This document shows positions 7,360 to 10,018 of a stretch of DNA of 10,018 nt, piece by piece. Under the pieces are notes generated by a model. That model saw nothing but the letters and a program-made list of their open reading frames with translations. It was not told the DNA's origin and ran no database searches. The number at the start of each line of letters is the position of its first letter. The first letter of the stretch is position 1. The position numbers were made by a program, and so were the translations under genes. Origin of the DNA: Pseudomonadota bacterium (GTDB lineage: Bacteria > Bdellovibrionota_G > JALEGL01 > DATDPG01); contig JAZDIZ010000016.1 in assembly GCA_043804515.1 (NCBI GenBank), positions 1 to 10,018 on the forward strand, written 5' to 3'.

Positions 7360-7556
7360 GGGGGACACCACACCCATTCCCTTACCCGCCATGGACAAGG
7401 ATGAAAACCGCTCACCTGACCGGATTCCGGCATTTCCGCACCCTTACCAATCGTCTCGTTGAAGGACCTTGAAGTCTGAAAAGGCCGAAGGTGGATGCTC
7501 AAGCGCCCCGGACACAAGCGATCAGTGCGCCCGCGCTAATTGGTATGGTGTCCCCC
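7360..7556. mobile_element. Copy 2 (complete) of the ~197-bp element with 19-bp terminal inverted repeats
   Basis: GGGGGACACCACACCCATT (7360-7378) and AATTGGTATGGTGTCCCCC (7538-7556) match 17/19 as inverted repeats; no target-site duplication seen. Confidence 0.8.
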
Positions 7557-7595
7557 AATTCCGCCTCGCTCCCCCGCTCTGGTAGTAGTCGAGGG

Positions 7596-7669
7596 AATGA
7601 GTAAAGTGTCCCCCGATTTCCCCCCGATTTCCCACAAAATATCTACGTTGTCCCCCGATTTCCCGATTT
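7596..7669 (+). repeat. Two further TGTCCCC-core sites, each with a tandem micro-duplication
   Basis: AATGAGTAAAGTGTCCCCCGATTTC with CCCCCGATTTC x2 (7610-7631); AAATATCTACGTTGTCCCCCGATTT with CCCGATTT x2 (7654-7669). Confidence 0.75.
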
Positions 7670-7761
7670 CTACAGCCGTCCACCATGTTTTGCGGGATAT
7701 CGCCTCCACCATGAAAAGTTTGCGGGGCAGCGAGACAGGACAGATTGCCAATATCAGGCAA

Positions 7762-7805
7762 TATCAACGCATTAGCTGACCAGGGGCTGCGGCACGGCCC
7801 TTGCT
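7762..7805 (+). promoter_or_regulatory. Sigma54 (-24/-12) promoter with upstream IHF site
   Basis: GGCACGGCCCTTGC (7791-7804) fits GGCAC-N5-TTGC; TATCAACGCATTA (7762-7774) fits WATCAANNNNTTR; about 50 bp upstream of the 7855 ATG. Confidence 0.65.
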
Positions 7806-7854
7806 TAATCTACAGATTGCAACGTTGGACCTACAGAAAAGGAGCTGAAAAGCC

Positions 7855-8673
7855 ATGAAACGCTACCTAAAAGTCCTCTTACTGGCCGCCTTAACCGTCG
7901 TCTTCAGCGCGTGCGGTACGTCGGTCTTGGACATGGGCGGAAACCCACAACACGATGCCTCTCTGACGAATACGGAACCCGATACTTTGGCGGCGCTCGC
8001 ACTCAAACCGACGAGACCTCCCAAACTGAACTGCAATCCCGACAAAATCCTGGAAGTCCCGATGGAGATTGCCGTCACGAAAGTCAGCTCCATGAAAATT
8101 CACGTGGACGCCTCCGGCGGATCGGACAAGAACGGCGTTGTGCCTAATTATTACAAACTCGTGGACGCTTCCGGAATCGTGCGTTACGCCCCCAGCGGCC
8201 TGTTGGACATCTTTCGGTCCGTGAACGCCCATTTCAACTTCCAAGGCTTGAGACCGGGAGCGACATACACGCTTTCCCTGGCCACCGCCGACAACTGCGC
8301 CAACTTGAAGTGGGGGACTCCTCAGACTTTCACGATGCCGGCTTTAACGCGTGAGGCGAATCCTCCCACATTTCCGGATCCCCTAGTGGTGAGGGCTTCG
8401 ACTTTCATCGGCTATGAGATCGACGTTGTAGCGCGACCCGACGACGACACGGCCGTGGCGCGATTCCAGGTCTCTAAAAACGGGGCTGTTATTTGCGACC
8501 GGACCACGATCGATCTGGCCAGCGGGAGTTTCGGGCTTTGGTCTTGGGCCGACGCCGACAACACGCCGCCATATTTCCTCCTCGGTTGGTCCTGCACAGT
8601 ACCCGCGTTCGGCACGTATACCGTATCCATCTTCGACCCCTTCGGAAACGTAACGACGAAGAACACGATCTAG
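7855..8673 (+). CDS. Lipoprotein with fibronectin type III-like domain
   Basis: RBS AGGAG; lipobox FSA-C; FNFQGLRPGATYTLSLATAD FN3-like signature; beta-rich C-terminus. Confidence 0.72.
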   Translation: MKRYLKVLLLAALTVVFSACGTSVLDMGGNPQHDASLTNTEPDTLAALALKPTRPPKLNCNPDKILEVPMEIAVTKVSSMKIHVDASGGSDKNGVVPNYYKLVDASGIVRYAPSGLLDIFRSVNAHFNFQGLRPGATYTLSLATADNCANLKWGTPQTFTMPALTREANPPTFPDPLVVRASTFIGYEIDVVARPDDDTAVARFQVSKNGAVICDRTTIDLASGSFGLWSWADADNTPPYFLLGWSCTVPAFGTYTVSIFDPFGNVTTKNTI

Positions 8674-8738
8674 TCCGAAACCCTTCCGCGCCAACCACGG
8701 CCGGAAGTGGGCAGCGTGTACGCGAAAATAGCACAACC

Positions 8739-8764
8739 AAACAGGGTAGGTGTCCCCCGATTTC
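8739..8764 (+). repeat. TGTCCCC-core site overlapping the stop codon of the VIT1-like gene
   Basis: AAACAGGGTAGGTGTCCCCCGATTTC; the last bases overlap the TGA at 8763-8765 (minus strand). Confidence 0.7.
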
Positions 8765-9242
8765 AGCTGATATACGCGCGGATCCATTCCCCGATCAGTC
8801 TTGCCACGAGAATCACGACAGCCGCCAGGCCCACGTGCTTGGACACTTCCGGGAAAATGGGGACCCGCCTCTCCCGGGCCAACATAACTGTGAGGCCGCT
8901 CAACAGGAGAGCGCCCCACGCGACGCTGATATAGACGAGCGTCGGCATGGGGAGGAGCGCGACGAGCATCACGAACGTAAGTGACGTGAGCAGCCTCGAG
9001 AAAAAGTTCGTGACCGTGGTGAAGAAAGCGTAGTGCACCTCTCGCTGCTCCGATTCCTGATAAATGTGCATGCTCAATGAATCCGTCAGGTTGTCGGCGA
9101 TCGCGACGACCAACAGACTCCCGATGATAGCGCCCCGGGTGCTCTTGGCCGCCTCAAGGCCGATGATGAGCGCCATGTTTGTGACAATCCCAGCGGTGCC
9201 GCCGAAACTGAAGTTGGACAATTTCTTCAAAGGGACGAGCAT
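8763..9242 (-). CDS. VIT1/CCC1-like membrane protein
   Basis: 159 aa, about 5 hydrophobic segments; FGGTAGIVT and AIADNLTDSLSMHIYQESE resemble VIT1-family motifs; RBS AAGGAG. Confidence 0.7.
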   Translation of the reverse strand: MLVPLKKLSNFSFGGTAGIVTNMALIIGLEAAKSTRGAIIGSLLVVAIADNLTDSLSMHIYQESEQREVHYAFFTTVTNFFSRLLTSLTFVMLVALLPMPTLVYISVAWGALLLSGLTVMLARERRVPIFPEVSKHVGLAAVVILVARLIGEWIRAYIS

Positions 9243-9269
9243 CCTTGACTCCTTTTTCCCTGCTCAGCC

Positions 9270-9344
9270 GAAACAGGGGGACAGCTTATCCATTTCCCCT
9301 CCCTCTCGATAGTTCGCCTCCGCCGATCTCCGTCCCCTTTTTCT
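9270..9344. repeat. Inverted pair of TGTCCCC-like sites (mini-element)
   Basis: 9270-9297 reads GGAAATGGATAAGCTGTCCCCCTGTTTC on minus; degenerate plus-strand partner GATCTCCGTCCCCTTTTTC at ~9325-9343. Confidence 0.5.
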
Positions 9345-9409
9345 CGCCAATTGACACCGATGACGCTGCGTGTTAACGGGTTTGACTAACGACCAAGAGA
9401 GGAACGCCG

Positions 9410-9898
9410 ATGAAGACTTTATCTTTTATTTTCAGCATCTTAGGTCTGTTGGATTTTTCCACAAGCGAGGCCGCCGAGCTCGCGTATTCCTGCGAAGCAA
9501 CGGCCAATGTGGTTCACCGCGTGGTCACGGCGCCGGGTTCAAAGCCCGTGGCTCAAACGCCGGTTGTCTGCCGTGCCGAGGAATTCGTGGTTAAGGGACA
9601 TCAGGGCTTTGGCCAGGGAAAGGCGGTCCCGATTCCCTGCGAAAATATCATGCCCGAATCGCCGGGTCTTACGAATCTCACGATTTCGATTTCCGAGGAC
9701 CCGGGTAACGACCGCAATTATATGCTCGGCCTCGACACCTGGGACCAAAACGAAACCGGGAGACTGACGCGAATTCTCCATCACTCGATCATGACCGGGG
9801 TCGGCAAGGCGCCCAATTTATTCACGCTCCGAAACGAGAATGAGGCGAAAGACGGCACGCTGAACGAGATGGTTGAAGTGACCTGCAAACGCCGATAA
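9410..9898 (+). CDS. Secreted hypothetical protein
   Basis: 162 aa; signal-peptide-like N-terminus (MKTLSFIFSILGLL...SEA-A), four Cys, RBS GAGG; perfect TTGACA at 9351-9356 but weak -10. Confidence 0.6.
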   Translation: MKTLSFIFSILGLLDFSTSEAAELAYSCEATANVVHRVVTAPGSKPVAQTPVVCRAEEFVVKGHQGFGQGKAVPIPCENIMPESPGLTNLTISISEDPGNDRNYMLGLDTWDQNETGRLTRILHHSIMTGVGKAPNLFTLRNENEAKDGTLNEMVEVTCKRR

Positions 9899-10018
9899 CG
9901 GCCTGCGCCCCAAGGTCCAAGAAAACAGGAACGGAAAGCGGCGACGCGAACCGCCGGCTCGCCGGAAAGATAGGGACCCAAGCGATTCCCCAAATGTTGG
10001 GCATCCGACAAAGAAGCG

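Noticed and set aside
7285..7398. N-terminal extension of the nuclease ORF to 7398
   Set aside because: It runs through the terminal repeat of the 197-bp element; TTG 7284 has an RBS and lies close to the first conserved motif.
7335..7517. Small minus-strand ORF in the 197-bp element; the same frame is open at 3-143 in copy 1
   Set aside because: There is only a mild third-position bias (22 of 46 mismatches), many non-conservative changes, a stop in copy 1 at the position of the copy 2 start, and no RBS. Not supportable, though not fully excluded.
2952..8864. GGGGAC hexamers inside genes (~2953, ~8313, ~8859)
   Set aside because: They lack the full GGGGACA core and most flanking arm sequence; consistent with chance.
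167..9344. CRISPR array interpretation of the TGTCCCC repeats
   Set aside because: Copies are degenerate, in both orientations and irregularly spaced (tens to thousands of bp), with no uniform spacers or cas operon.
9899..10018. Possible terminator or ORF at the right edge
   Set aside because: Only weak short inverted repeats without a U-tract; the ORFs overlap the 9410 gene antisense and show no motifs.

Overview
GC-rich bacterial accessory region. Minus strand: a nucleotidyltransferase + wHTH pair (toxin-antitoxin-like), a HIT hydrolase + HNH endonuclease pair, an IPT/TIG lipoprotein, a coupled Fe-S PD-(D/E)XK nuclease + WYL regulator pair, and a VIT1/CCC1-like membrane protein. Plus strand: an FN3-like lipoprotein behind a sigma54/IHF promoter and a secreted hypothetical protein. 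The non-coding DNA is the most unusual part. (1) Nine intergenic copies of a ~25-bp TGTCCCC-core site sit at gene-module boundaries, four with 8-11 bp tandem micro-duplications. (2) Two gap-free, ~76% identical copies of a ~197-bp element use this site as terminal inverted repeats. (3) A 17-nt tRNA-Ser-like 3' end (att-like) is followed by a tandem array of ~150-175-nt structured units that show covariation and carry sequence antisense to the tRNA 3' end. No transposase, integrase or CRISPR array is visible. All calls were made by eye; no searches were run.
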